Shown: positions 56,505 to 64,000 of the stretch, in pieces
Position numbering within the stretch: the stretch's first letter is position 1
How the letters are laid out: the number at the start of each line of letters is the position of its first letter
Source: a virus
DNA: 64,000 nucleotides
IMG/VR virus record: IMGVR_UViG_3300037336_000025
Coordinates: 32,001-96,000 of that record
Direction: 5' to 3' (one strand)
Position numbers and translations under genes: made by a program
The notes under the pieces: model-generated
What the model saw: only the letters and a program-made list of their open reading frames with translations
Databases searched by the model: none
What the model was told of the DNA's origin: nothing

Positions 56505-57123
56505 TACTCCAGCATTTGTACTAGGAAATGGAACCAGCAGACTATCTGTTGATCCTAAATCTCTGCTACCTAAAGGTATTGTTTACGGATGTAATGCCCA
56601 GTATAGAGAATATGAACCACACGTTTTAATTGCAGTAGATGTTAAAATGGTTAATGAGATTATTGAGTCTGGCTATCATAAGACACACCAGGTATGGACT
56701 AATCCTAATAAAGGTATTAGCTCTAAAGCAGGTATAAATTTCTTTACACCTCATAAAGGTTGGTCAAGTGGTCCAACAGCACTATGGCATGCTGCAAGTC
56801 AAGGCCATAAAGAAGTTTACATTTTAGGGTTTGACTATCAAGGTATTGCTGGAAAGTTTAACAATGTATATGCAGATACATTTAACTACAAAAAATCAAC
56901 AGACGCAGCAACTTTTCATGGAAACTGGTTAAGCCAGACGGAAAAAGTTATTAAAGAGTTTAAAGGTATTAAATTTTATAGAGTTATACCGACAACTGCT
57001 TTTATTCCAGATAAACTTGGAAATCAGCTAGGTAATCTTAGCCATATAAGTTTTAGTCAATTTGAACAAAAATTTCCAGAAACTGCATATTCAGATCAAA
57101 CGAATCAAAAAACTATCATTTAA
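56473..57123 (+). CDS. GT42 (CstII sialyltransferase)/Maf-MptE (DUF115)-like protein
   Basis: FVLGNGTS, VYGCNAQY, IAVD and SSGPTALWHAASQGHKEVYILGFDY parallel the CstII AGNGPS, FRCNQFY and TSGVYM..VA..LGYKEIYLSGIDF blocks. Confidence 0.6.
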   Translation: MVSQLKQQPNNTPAFVLGNGTSRLSVDPKSLLPKGIVYGCNAQYREYEPHVLIAVDVKMVNEIIESGYHKTHQVWTNPNKGISSKAGINFFTPHKGWSSGPTALWHAASQGHKEVYILGFDYQGIAGKFNNVYADTFNYKKSTDAATFHGNWLSQTEKVIKEFKGIKFYRVIPTTAFIPDKLGNQLGNLSHISFSQFEQKFPETAYSDQTNQKTII

Positions 57124-57145
57124 CGCCGGTTTTAAATCTACGCAT

Positions 57146-57151
57146 TAAATA
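57146..57151 (+). promoter_or_regulatory. Putative late promoter TAAATA for the head operon
   Basis: In a 63-nt gap upstream of the AAGGAG SD and ATG 57187. Confidence 0.55.
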
Positions 57152-57186
57152 TACTACAGCCTAACAATCTTGAAGGAGAACATAAC

Positions 57187-58026
57187 ATGGCAGACAAAAA
57201 TATTTTAGAACAGATGCTAGCGCATCTAGTTAACGAAGACCAAGCTAAAGCAGAAGAACTATTCCACGAATACGTAGTTGCTGCTTCACGTGAAATTTAC
57301 GAAAATCTAATCGATTCCGAAATTTCTGAAGAAGAAGAAGAAGAAGACGAAGACGAAGAAGAAATGGACGAAGCAGCTGAAGATGAAGATGCTGAAGAAG
57401 ACAAGATGGATGAAAACTTCGAAGATATCGCATATGAAGGCGATGACGAAATGGGCGGCGACGCAACTGACGATCTAGAAAGTGATTTAGATATGGACAT
57501 GGGTCCAGAAGAAGATGACGAAGAAAAGTCCGAAGAAGAATTATTCCAAGATCTAGACAGTATTGTAGATGAACTACAAGCTAAGTTTGATGCATTGAAA
57601 GGTGGCGACATGGCTGACGACAGCGACGACATGGGCGACGAAATGGAAATGAAAGATGACTTTGATCTAGAAACAGTGCGTGAATATGTTGAGAAAGTTC
57701 CAGCAGGTCACGGCGCAGAAAAGAAAGGTCAATCCGAAAAAGCTGACGGCGGCAAGTCCCCAGTAGCTGGTAAGAATGATATGGGTGGTACAACTGCTAA
57801 CATCCTAAGCGGCCGTAACGGTAGCGAAGGTTCAGAGACAGGTGCATTAAAAGGCAACGGTCTGTTAAAAGGTAATCCAAAAGAACAAAATACAGGTAAC
57901 ATCAATGTCCCAGGCGGAAAAGCAGGTAGTGCTTTCTCCAAGAAAGAGCCAGGTCATGGTGCTGAGAAAAAGGGCGCAGCGGAAGGTTCCACTGATGGCC
58001 AAAGTCTTTTCCGTGGTCGTAGATAA
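57187..58026 (+). CDS. Highly acidic prohead core protein
   Basis: Poly-Glu/Asp N-terminal two-thirds and Gly/Lys-rich C-terminus; immediately upstream of the prohead protease. Confidence 0.65.
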   Translation: MADKNILEQMLAHLVNEDQAKAEELFHEYVVAASREIYENLIDSEISEEEEEEDEDEEEMDEAAEDEDAEEDKMDENFEDIAYEGDDEMGGDATDDLESDLDMDMGPEEDDEEKSEEELFQDLDSIVDELQAKFDALKGGDMADDSDDMGDEMEMKDDFDLETVREYVEKVPAGHGAEKKGQSEKADGGKSPVAGKNDMGGTTANILSGRNGSEGSETGALKGNGLLKGNPKEQNTGNINVPGGKAGSAFSKKEPGHGAEKKGAAEGSTDGQSLFRGRR

Positions 58027-58035
58027 TAGGACCGA

Positions 58036-58671
58036 ATGGTGAAAAAATTTACTCTAGCAGAACATTTAAGTTACGATCAGGCTAAGATTGTTCTTGAGAG
58101 CGAAGAAGATGGTAACGGCGGTAAGTCGTTACATCTCAACGGGATTTGCATCCAAGGTGATATCCGCAATGCAAATCAACGTGTTTATTCTTCTCAAGAG
58201 ATTGGCAGGGCTGTCAAAACGCTCAACGAACAGATCTCTGGTGGTTACTCTGTGCTAGGTGAAGTTGATCATCCTCAGGATTTAAAAATTAATCTAGATC
58301 GTGTTAGTCATATGATTACCAAGATGTGGATGGATGGTCCTAACGGCTACGGAAAACTAAAAATCTTGCCAACACCAATGGGTAAATTAATTGAATCCAT
58401 GTTGACGGCAGGAGTTAAGTTGGGTGTAAGTTCAAGAGGATCCGGCGAAGTAGACGGCGGCGGCAATGTCCAGGGATTTGAAATTATCACTGTTGACATT
58501 GTTGCGCAGCCAAGCGCACCCGGAGCTTACCCAACTCCAGTATATGAGCACTTGATGAATAACACAGGTGGCTATCAGGCATTTAAAATGGCATCAGAAG
58601 TACAAGGCAACCCACAGGCACAAAGATATATAGCAGAGAGCTTGGTGAAAATCATCAAGGGTCTCAAATAA
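58036..58671 (+). CDS. gp21: Prohead protease gp21
   Basis: NANQRVY, LGEVDHP (catalytic His), GVSSRGSG (catalytic Ser), DIVAQPSAPGA. Confidence 0.95.
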   Translation: MVKKFTLAEHLSYDQAKIVLESEEDGNGGKSLHLNGICIQGDIRNANQRVYSSQEIGRAVKTLNEQISGGYSVLGEVDHPQDLKINLDRVSHMITKMWMDGPNGYGKLKILPTPMGKLIESMLTAGVKLGVSSRGSGEVDGGGNVQGFEIITVDIVAQPSAPGAYPTPVYEHLMNNTGGYQAFKMASEVQGNPQAQRYIAESLVKIIKGLK

Positions 58672-58684
58672 AAAGGAGAATCAC

Positions 58685-59779
58685 ATGCTAGATTTCGTTA
58701 AACAATTATTTGAAAACAATGTGATTTCCGAGGACATCAAATCGGAGATTGAAACTGCTTGGAATACGCAGATTCAAGAATCTCGTGATCAAGTCACTGC
58801 TACACTACGTGAAGAATTTGCGCAGAAATATGCGCACGATAAAACCGCAATGGTTGAAGCTGTTGAAGGAATGTTAGCTGATCGCTTAACCGCAGAGCTA
58901 ACAGAACTTGCTGAAGACCGTCAAGGACTTATCGAAGCCCGTGCAAAATACGCTAGAAAAATGAAAGATGATGCGGCCACTATGGAATCATTCATCTTAA
59001 ATAATCTACGCAAAGAAATTGCAGAATTACACGAAGACCGTAACGCAGTTGCAGGCAACGTTGAAAAATTAGAGTCTTTTATTGTGGACTCACTAGCGAA
59101 AGAAATCGCAGAATTCCACAGCGACAAGAAAGATTTAGCTGAAACTAAAGTACGTCTAGTACGTGATAGTAGAGTTAAGTTTGAAGCTGTCAGGAAAGAT
59201 TTCATCGCTCGTTCAGCACAAATCATTGAAGAAACAGTCTCTAAGGGATTGAAATCTGAAATGACTCAGTTGAAAGAAGATATCAACTCTGCTCGCAGAA
59301 ACGACTTTGGTCGCAGAATTTTTGAATCATTCGCAAGCGAGTTTGCTGCAAGTCATCTAAATGAAAAATCTGAAACTGCACGCCTGTTAAAGGTAGTTGC
59401 ACAGAAAGAAATGGAATTAGAAGAAGCAGCAAAGATTGTTGCAGAAACAGAAAAATTAGTAGAAAGCAATAAAACTGAATTAAGAATCATTAAAGAATCC
59501 GCAAAGCGCACAGCAGTTATGGGCGAGTTGTTAGGACCATTAGGTGGTGATAAGCGTTCAGTAATGAGCCAACTATTAGAGTCAGTACAAACAGATAAGC
59601 TAAATGCAGCTTTTGACAAGTATCTACCAGCAGTAATGAATGGTGGAACTCCGGCCAAGAAAGCATTGACCGAAGGCAAAGAAATTACAGGCAATAAACA
59701 TCAGGCACAACAATTTAGCAGTGAAGAAAAAACTGCTGAAATATTTGACATCCGCAGGCTTGCGGGACTAAAAGTTTAA
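58685..59779 (+). CDS. gp22: Prohead scaffold protein gp22-like
   Basis: 364-aa coiled coil rich in L/I-x-E motifs, between gp21 and gp23. Confidence 0.8.
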   Translation: MLDFVKQLFENNVISEDIKSEIETAWNTQIQESRDQVTATLREEFAQKYAHDKTAMVEAVEGMLADRLTAELTELAEDRQGLIEARAKYARKMKDDAATMESFILNNLRKEIAELHEDRNAVAGNVEKLESFIVDSLAKEIAEFHSDKKDLAETKVRLVRDSRVKFEAVRKDFIARSAQIIEETVSKGLKSEMTQLKEDINSARRNDFGRRIFESFASEFAASHLNEKSETARLLKVVAQKEMELEEAAKIVAETEKLVESNKTELRIIKESAKRTAVMGELLGPLGGDKRSVMSQLLESVQTDKLNAAFDKYLPAVMNGGTPAKKALTEGKEITGNKHQAQQFSSEEKTAEIFDIRRLAGLKV

Positions 59780-59790
59780 GGAGAACTATA

Positions 59791-60960
59791 ATGTCACAAT
59801 TACTCGAGTCACGCTGGTCGGAAACCAAAGACGCCCTTCTAGAAGGTCTTCAAGGTAACAAGCGTTCAGTAATGGCTACTACTTTAGAAAATACCCGCAA
59901 GTATTTGGCTGAGAGTGCTACTGCTGGAGCTACATCCGCTGGCAACGTTGCAACTTTAAATCGTGTGATCCTTCCAGTGATCAGACGTGTAATGCCTACC
60001 GTTATCGCTAACGAGTTAGTAGGTGTACAACCAATGACTGGCCCAGTTGGTCAGATCCATACCTTGCGTGTTCGCTATGCAGATAGCTTTAACAGCGCAG
60101 CCGGTACTGACATCACAGCTGGTGATGAGGCACTAAGCCCATTCAAGATCGCCGAAGGCTATTCCGGTTCAGCATCTGACAAAGCAGCTAGTACAGCAGC
60201 TTTAGAAGGTCGTGCTGGTAACAGACTAAGCATTCAAATCTTGAAACAGACAGTTGAAGCTAAGACACGTAAATTGTCAGCTCGCTGGACGTTTGAGTCT
60301 GCACAAGATGCACAAGCCCAACAGGGTATTGACATCGAAGCAGAAATTATGGCTGCTTTGGCGCAAGAAATTACTGCTGAAATTGACCAAGAAGTTATTG
60401 CTAGCTTGAAGAGCTTGTCTGGTATCGTATTAACATACGACCAAGCTGCTGTTTCTGGTACTGCAACTTTCGTTGGTGACGAGCACGCTGCTTTAGCTGT
60501 TCAAATCAATCGTACTGCTAACTTGATTGCTCAACGCACACGTCGTGGTGCTGGTAACTGGGCTGTTGTATCTCCAACAGTTCTAACTCTTCTACAATCT
60601 GCTACTACAAGCGCATTTGCTCGTACAACAGAAGGTACATTCGAAGCTCCTACAAACACAAAGTTTGTTGGTACATTGAACAGTGCAATGAAGATTTATG
60701 TTAACGGCTATGCTACTGACGACAACGTATTAGTAGGTTACAAAGGTTCATCTGAGTCAGATGCAGCGGCATTTTACTGCCCTTACATTCCTCTAATGAG
60801 TTCTGGTGTAGTGTTAGATCCATCAACATTCGAACCAGTGGTGTCATTCATGACACGCTATGGTTATGTTGAGTTGACAAACACAGCATCTTCTTTAGGT
60901 AACGCAGCTGATTACCTAGGTACTGTTGCTGTAACTAGCGCAAACCTACGTTTTGCTTAA
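59791..60960 (+). CDS. gp23: Major capsid protein gp23 (389 aa)
   Basis: VIANELVGVQPMTGPVGQI, VEAKTRKLSARWT.E.AQD, LAQEITAEIDQE, YCPYIPL and FMTRYG signature motifs; AAGGAG SD. Confidence 0.97.
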   Translation: MSQLLESRWSETKDALLEGLQGNKRSVMATTLENTRKYLAESATAGATSAGNVATLNRVILPVIRRVMPTVIANELVGVQPMTGPVGQIHTLRVRYADSFNSAAGTDITAGDEALSPFKIAEGYSGSASDKAASTAALEGRAGNRLSIQILKQTVEAKTRKLSARWTFESAQDAQAQQGIDIEAEIMAALAQEITAEIDQEVIASLKSLSGIVLTYDQAAVSGTATFVGDEHAALAVQINRTANLIAQRTRRGAGNWAVVSPTVLTLLQSATTSAFARTTEGTFEAPTNTKFVGTLNSAMKIYVNGYATDDNVLVGYKGSSESDAAAFYCPYIPLMSSGVVLDPSTFEPVVSFMTRYGYVELTNTASSLGNAADYLGTVAVTSANLRFA

Positions 60961-60985
60961 TTCTTAGAAATAAGAAGAAAGATTC

Positions 60986-61009
60986 AAAAAGGCCCTTCGG
61001 GGCTTTTTT
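60986..61009 (+). terminator. Intrinsic terminator after the major capsid gene
   Basis: GGCCC-TTCG-GGGCT stem with a C-UUCG-G tetraloop followed by a T tract; preceded by the small hairpin TTCTTA-GAAA-TAAGAA (60961-60976). Confidence 0.9.
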
Positions 61010-61016
61010 GTTGACT

Positions 61017-61022
61017 TAAATA
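61017..61022 (+). promoter_or_regulatory. Putative late promoter TAAATA, 4 nt upstream of ATG 61027
   Basis: Restarts transcription right after the terminator; no SD before ATG 61027. Confidence 0.5.
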
Positions 61023-61026
61023 CCTG

Positions 61027-61296
61027 ATGCAAATAGAATCAGACAACGACTTTAAACAGATGCGTGAGCAGTTTAGTATATGGCGTAAACGCTTTCCTAT
61101 GTTTACTCACGATGTTAATCAGATAGAACATATGATTGAAAATCGCATAAAGCAACATAGTATTATTATGGTACAGCATAGACAAACTAAAAGTCGAGCC
61201 TATTTAGAAAAAGCACAAAAAGAAATAGACACTATTAATCAAATACTAAGCACAGTTGAAAAAATTGAGCTAATGGCAATGCTTAGTCGTGGATAA
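61027..61296 (+). CDS. Hypothetical helical protein (89 aa)
   Basis: Fills the gap between two late promoters; no motif recognised. Confidence 0.65.
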   Translation: MQIESDNDFKQMREQFSIWRKRFPMFTHDVNQIEHMIENRIKQHSIIMVQHRQTKSRAYLEKAQKEIDTINQILSTVEKIELMAMLSRG

Positions 61297-61299
61297 ATA
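61294..61299 (+). promoter_or_regulatory. Putative late promoter TAAATA overlapping the stop of 61027-61296
   Basis: Followed by a structured leader of about 65 nt and an AAGGAG SD. Confidence 0.5.
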
Positions 61300-61367
61300 A
61301 AGAGTCAAGAAGATTTATGCAGAATCCCTCTGCGTAGACCTAGAACGTCAAATTAAGGAGAAACAAA

Positions 61368-61763
61368 ATGGGACGTCCATTAAGAAAAGATGTAAACGGA
61401 GTTGATGTTATCGGAACTGGTGCTACTACAGCTACTGGTGTAAGAGTTGAGTTTTTTGATGCATCGTTAAGAACAGACGGTGTTATTCTCAAGCAACGTG
61501 GCGCAAAAACTTTCGTAGTTACTCAAGTAGGAAACATTGGTACAACTTCATCATATGTTACTGCAACTGTAGTATCTGATGAACCTAATGCATACGGAGA
61601 AATGCGTATCACTGGTTATGTTGGCGGCAACGGACTTAATAATACCAAACAAATTGCTAAGATTACTAAACGTGTAGCTACAGACTTCGCCGGCGTTAAG
61701 TACAATTGGTACTTAGAAAATGACTCATCAGCAGACTACATTGTACTAACAGCAATCGTTTAA
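61368..61763 (+). CDS. Putative virion structural protein (131 aa)
   Basis: Strong SD, beta-rich composition, late promoter upstream. Confidence 0.65.
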   Translation: MGRPLRKDVNGVDVIGTGATTATGVRVEFFDASLRTDGVILKQRGAKTFVVTQVGNIGTTSSYVTATVVSDEPNAYGEMRITGYVGGNGLNNTKQIAKITKRVATDFAGVKYNWYLENDSSADYIVLTAIV

Positions 61764-61777
61764 TTTAGGATTACAAC

Positions 61778-62872
61778 ATGGGACAGTTTTTAAGAGTCAA
61801 CGGCGATTATAATATACAAGCCATTAGAGATTCAGTATCCGGAGGTACAATTACCCTAGATACTGGACCTTCAGGTACGGTTATTGTAACTGGCGGATTA
61901 CTAGTTGAAGGGGAAACTGTCTATGTTGCTGCAACACAATTAGAAATTGAAGACAACGTTATCACGCTAAACAAAGGTGAAGGAGGCGACGGAGTATCAT
62001 TAATTATTTCCGGAATCCGAATTGATCGAGGTTCAGCTGATGACGCTTCTTTACTTTGGGATGAGAATATTGCTATACCAACAGCACAGACATTTCCAAG
62101 TTTAGAACTAGGAGCAACCGCAGGCGGATGGAAACTAGTCGGCGCCGAAGACGCTTATACATTCCAAAACAGTCGTTTAAAATTAAGACAAATAATTACA
62201 GATAGTATAACAGACGCCGGAGACTTGACATTGATTGGTCAGGGAACAGGAGTTGTTAAAGTATCTGGTACTACCAGCTATGAAGATCAAGTTACACACG
62301 ACGATGTGTTAACAAACAAAAAATATGTTGATGATGCAATTCAAAATAATCCAACATTCCAAATTCTTAAAGATAACACTAGAGTAATTATTGCTGACGC
62401 CGATGTTACTCCTAATAATACAGATACAGCAGGCTCGCTTGCATTTGCGACTGCAACTGTTGGTCAATTAATTAATGAAAGCTCTGTATCTATTGTAGTG
62501 GATACTACGCTAACGGCTCAGTTTTTTGCAGATAGATTTTTAGTTGGTCTCAAAGGACTGAATGGTATTGAGATCGACGGGGTAAATTTTGAAGTAAGAA
62601 CGCCCGACGGTGTATCGGATCAAAATATTTTTATCAACACTGCTCGATTTGATGCCGGCAGTACTGGAAAGCTTCAAACAAATTATGCATTACAACTAGA
62701 TCAAATATCTAGTGATCCTGCTTTTGTTTCTGGGGCAACATTAATTCGAGCAGGCGACCCGGGATTAGGAACTAGCGGTGTTTACTATGTAAACGATAGT
62801 GCAAGCACTAATCACCGAACTGGCGAATTAATAAGCAAAAACAAGGCACTTGTTTTTAGCATGATATTTTAA
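61778..62872 (+). CDS. Putative virion fibre/appendage protein (364 aa)
   Basis: GGLLVEGETVYV..TQLEIEDNVITLNKGE...GIRIDRGSADDASLLWDE fibre-type motif, related to the block in 17533-19362. Confidence 0.6.
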   Translation: MGQFLRVNGDYNIQAIRDSVSGGTITLDTGPSGTVIVTGGLLVEGETVYVAATQLEIEDNVITLNKGEGGDGVSLIISGIRIDRGSADDASLLWDENIAIPTAQTFPSLELGATAGGWKLVGAEDAYTFQNSRLKLRQIITDSITDAGDLTLIGQGTGVVKVSGTTSYEDQVTHDDVLTNKKYVDDAIQNNPTFQILKDNTRVIIADADVTPNNTDTAGSLAFATATVGQLINESSVSIVVDTTLTAQFFADRFLVGLKGLNGIEIDGVNFEVRTPDGVSDQNIFINTARFDAGSTGKLQTNYALQLDQISSDPAFVSGATLIRAGDPGLGTSGVYYVNDSASTNHRTGELISKNKALVFSMIF

Positions 62873-62882
62873 AGAGACAACT

Positions 62883-63257
62883 ATGATTACAAGTACATTG
62901 ATTGATGTAACAAGAGCACTTACATCTCCAGGACTTCCTATTTTTGTTAGCACTACTAACGGAGCTAGTGGCGGGACTGGGCAAGTGAATGCTATAACAA
63001 CTATTGCATTATGTAATATTGGTGATGTAACACTAACTGACGAAACAGCTAATGCAGTTACAGTTAATATTTGGTTTGCTCGTGCTGGAATTGGCAATCA
63101 AAATTATAACAGGATTGTTAGCAACTTGATTATTCCAGCAGGCGAAACTGTTTTCTTTTCAGAAGAAAGAATAGTGTTAGATGCAAACGATACAATTTAT
63201 GTAGGCGCAGATGTTGCAGACTTAATCGCAGTAACAGTAAGTTCATTGCCGGTATAA
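62883..63257 (+). CDS. Small beta-sandwich virion protein (124 aa)
   Basis: Alternating beta-strand pattern (AITTIALCN, VTVNIWF, IPAGETVFF, IVLDANDTIYV). Confidence 0.55.
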   Translation: MITSTLIDVTRALTSPGLPIFVSTTNGASGGTGQVNAITTIALCNIGDVTLTDETANAVTVNIWFARAGIGNQNYNRIVSNLIIPAGETVFFSEERIVLDANDTIYVGADVADLIAVTVSSLPV

Positions 63258-63258
63258 T

Positions 63259-63771
63259 ATGAAATTTCTAAAACAAAAAAATATTTCAAAGTTTAGTATT
63301 AGAGACCAAACTCTATTCACTAATCAATTTGGTCGTGCAGTAATGGGACTAACTGGTGGGTTAAGATTGCCACAGGGAACAACTGCACAACGTCCTAACG
63401 AAACACTCGTACGTTATCCAGGCGGCATTAGTGGCGCCGAATTTGCCGACGGTACAATTCGTTACAACCTAGACACTAACAGTCTAGAAGCTCTTATTGC
63501 AGGAGTATGGGAAATTGTACGAGGTCCAGGCGCAACGGCAATTACTAAAGAAACATTAGGCCCTGGCAACGATGTTAACACTACTTATACCCTCAATCCG
63601 CCATTTGGTATAGCACCATCTAGTGCAGATAATCTTATTGTTCTAGTAGAAAACGTTATGCAAATTTCTGTTACTAACTATAACTTGATCAACGGCAACA
63701 CTGAAATCGAATTTACCAGTGCTATCCCAAGCGGCAAGTACGTTACAGTCTTTTACGGCTTTGCTAACTAA
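63259..63771 (+). CDS. Putative virion structural protein (170 aa)
   Basis: LRLPQGTTAQRP...GTIRYNLDTNSLE fibre-type motif plus a C-terminal Ig-like repeat. Confidence 0.6.
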   Translation: MKFLKQKNISKFSIRDQTLFTNQFGRAVMGLTGGLRLPQGTTAQRPNETLVRYPGGISGAEFADGTIRYNLDTNSLEALIAGVWEIVRGPGATAITKETLGPGNDVNTTYTLNPPFGIAPSSADNLIVLVENVMQISVTNYNLINGNTEIEFTSAIPSGKYVTVFYGFAN

Positions 63772-63783
63772 CTAAATTTAGAG

Positions 63784-63789
63784 TAAATA
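63784..63789 (+). promoter_or_regulatory. Putative late promoter TAAATA
   Basis: In a 41-nt gap upstream of the GGAG SD and ATG 63813. Confidence 0.5.
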
Positions 63790-63812
63790 TACATATCGAA
63801 CGGAGATATGTA

Positions 63813-64000
63813 ATGCCAGAATCTTATGCAGCCAGTTTAGGTAGAATTAGTGGTAAGCTACTTACTGAAAACCTTCTACGCAACGGTAGCGATCTAACCT
63901 TTAGAAACGCTCCTACTGACACCGACTTATTATATCTTGACGTTAATAACCTGCGTATCGGTATTAATACTGATGCACCGTTATACGATCTACAGATTGA
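63813..64000 (+). CDS. Virion fibre-like protein, 3'-truncated (not in the ORF track)
   Basis: Open to the window end: MPESYAASLGRISGKLLTENLLRNGSDLTFRNAPTDTDLLYLDVNNLRIGINTDAPLYDLQI. Confidence 0.7.
   Translation, partial: MPESYAASLGRISGKLLTENLLRNGSDLTFRNAPTDTDLLYLDVNNLRIGINTDAPLYDLQI

Noticed and set aside
57328-57365. GAA trinucleotide run
   Set aside because: It simply encodes the poly-Glu tract of the acidic core protein; not a separate repeat element.
795-59694. Many short opposite-strand or alternate-frame ORFs in the track (e.g. 16904-17392, 44731-45372, 50263-50712, 53898-54326, 57297-57632)
   Set aside because: They are shadows of long, motif-supported genes on the other strand, have no SD, and show the composition expected from antisense reading of biased codons.
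61011-61039. TTGACT-17 bp-TAGAAT sigma70-like promoter
   Set aside because: The -35 overlaps the terminator T tract and the -10 lies inside ORF 61027. The context is late structural genes, so chance is likely, although an early start feeding ATG 61060 cannot be excluded.

Overview
This is a 64-kb, AT-rich, densely coding segment of a large T4-like contractile-tailed phage genome, read in the standard genetic code. No tRNA, rRNA, CRISPR array or integrase is visible. Layout: (1) 578-11084 (-): a 12-gene glycan synthesis/tailoring cluster (2 SGNH-fold proteins, GT10-like, 2OG-Fe(II) oxygenase, RmlB-type dehydratase, radical SAM, 4 GT-A-type proteins, 2 unknowns) directly downstream of the tail genes. 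(2) 11144-45257 (-): tail-fibre and baseplate module, including a 4595-aa protein and gp6-, gp25-, gp5-, hub-, gp53- and gp48/54-like genes. (3) 45338-50836 (+): gp55-like late sigma, then a perfect sigma70 promoter driving gp47, gp46, an Hc1-like gene and a minimal GIY-YIG nuclease, followed by a 596-nt helix-rich non-coding gap. (4) 50883-51961 (-): gp26- and gp51-like genes joined by an apparent -1 frameshift signal, divergent from the tape measure gene. (5) 52030-64000 (+): tape measure, portal, core proteins, gp21, gp22, gp23 and small virion proteins. Best candidates for something new: the GIY-YIG nuclease plus large structured RNA, the lambda G/GT-like frameshift in a T4-type gp26/gp51 pair, apparently leaderless late mRNAs, and the virion-linked glycosylation genes. 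All family calls come from motif recognition by eye, not database searches.
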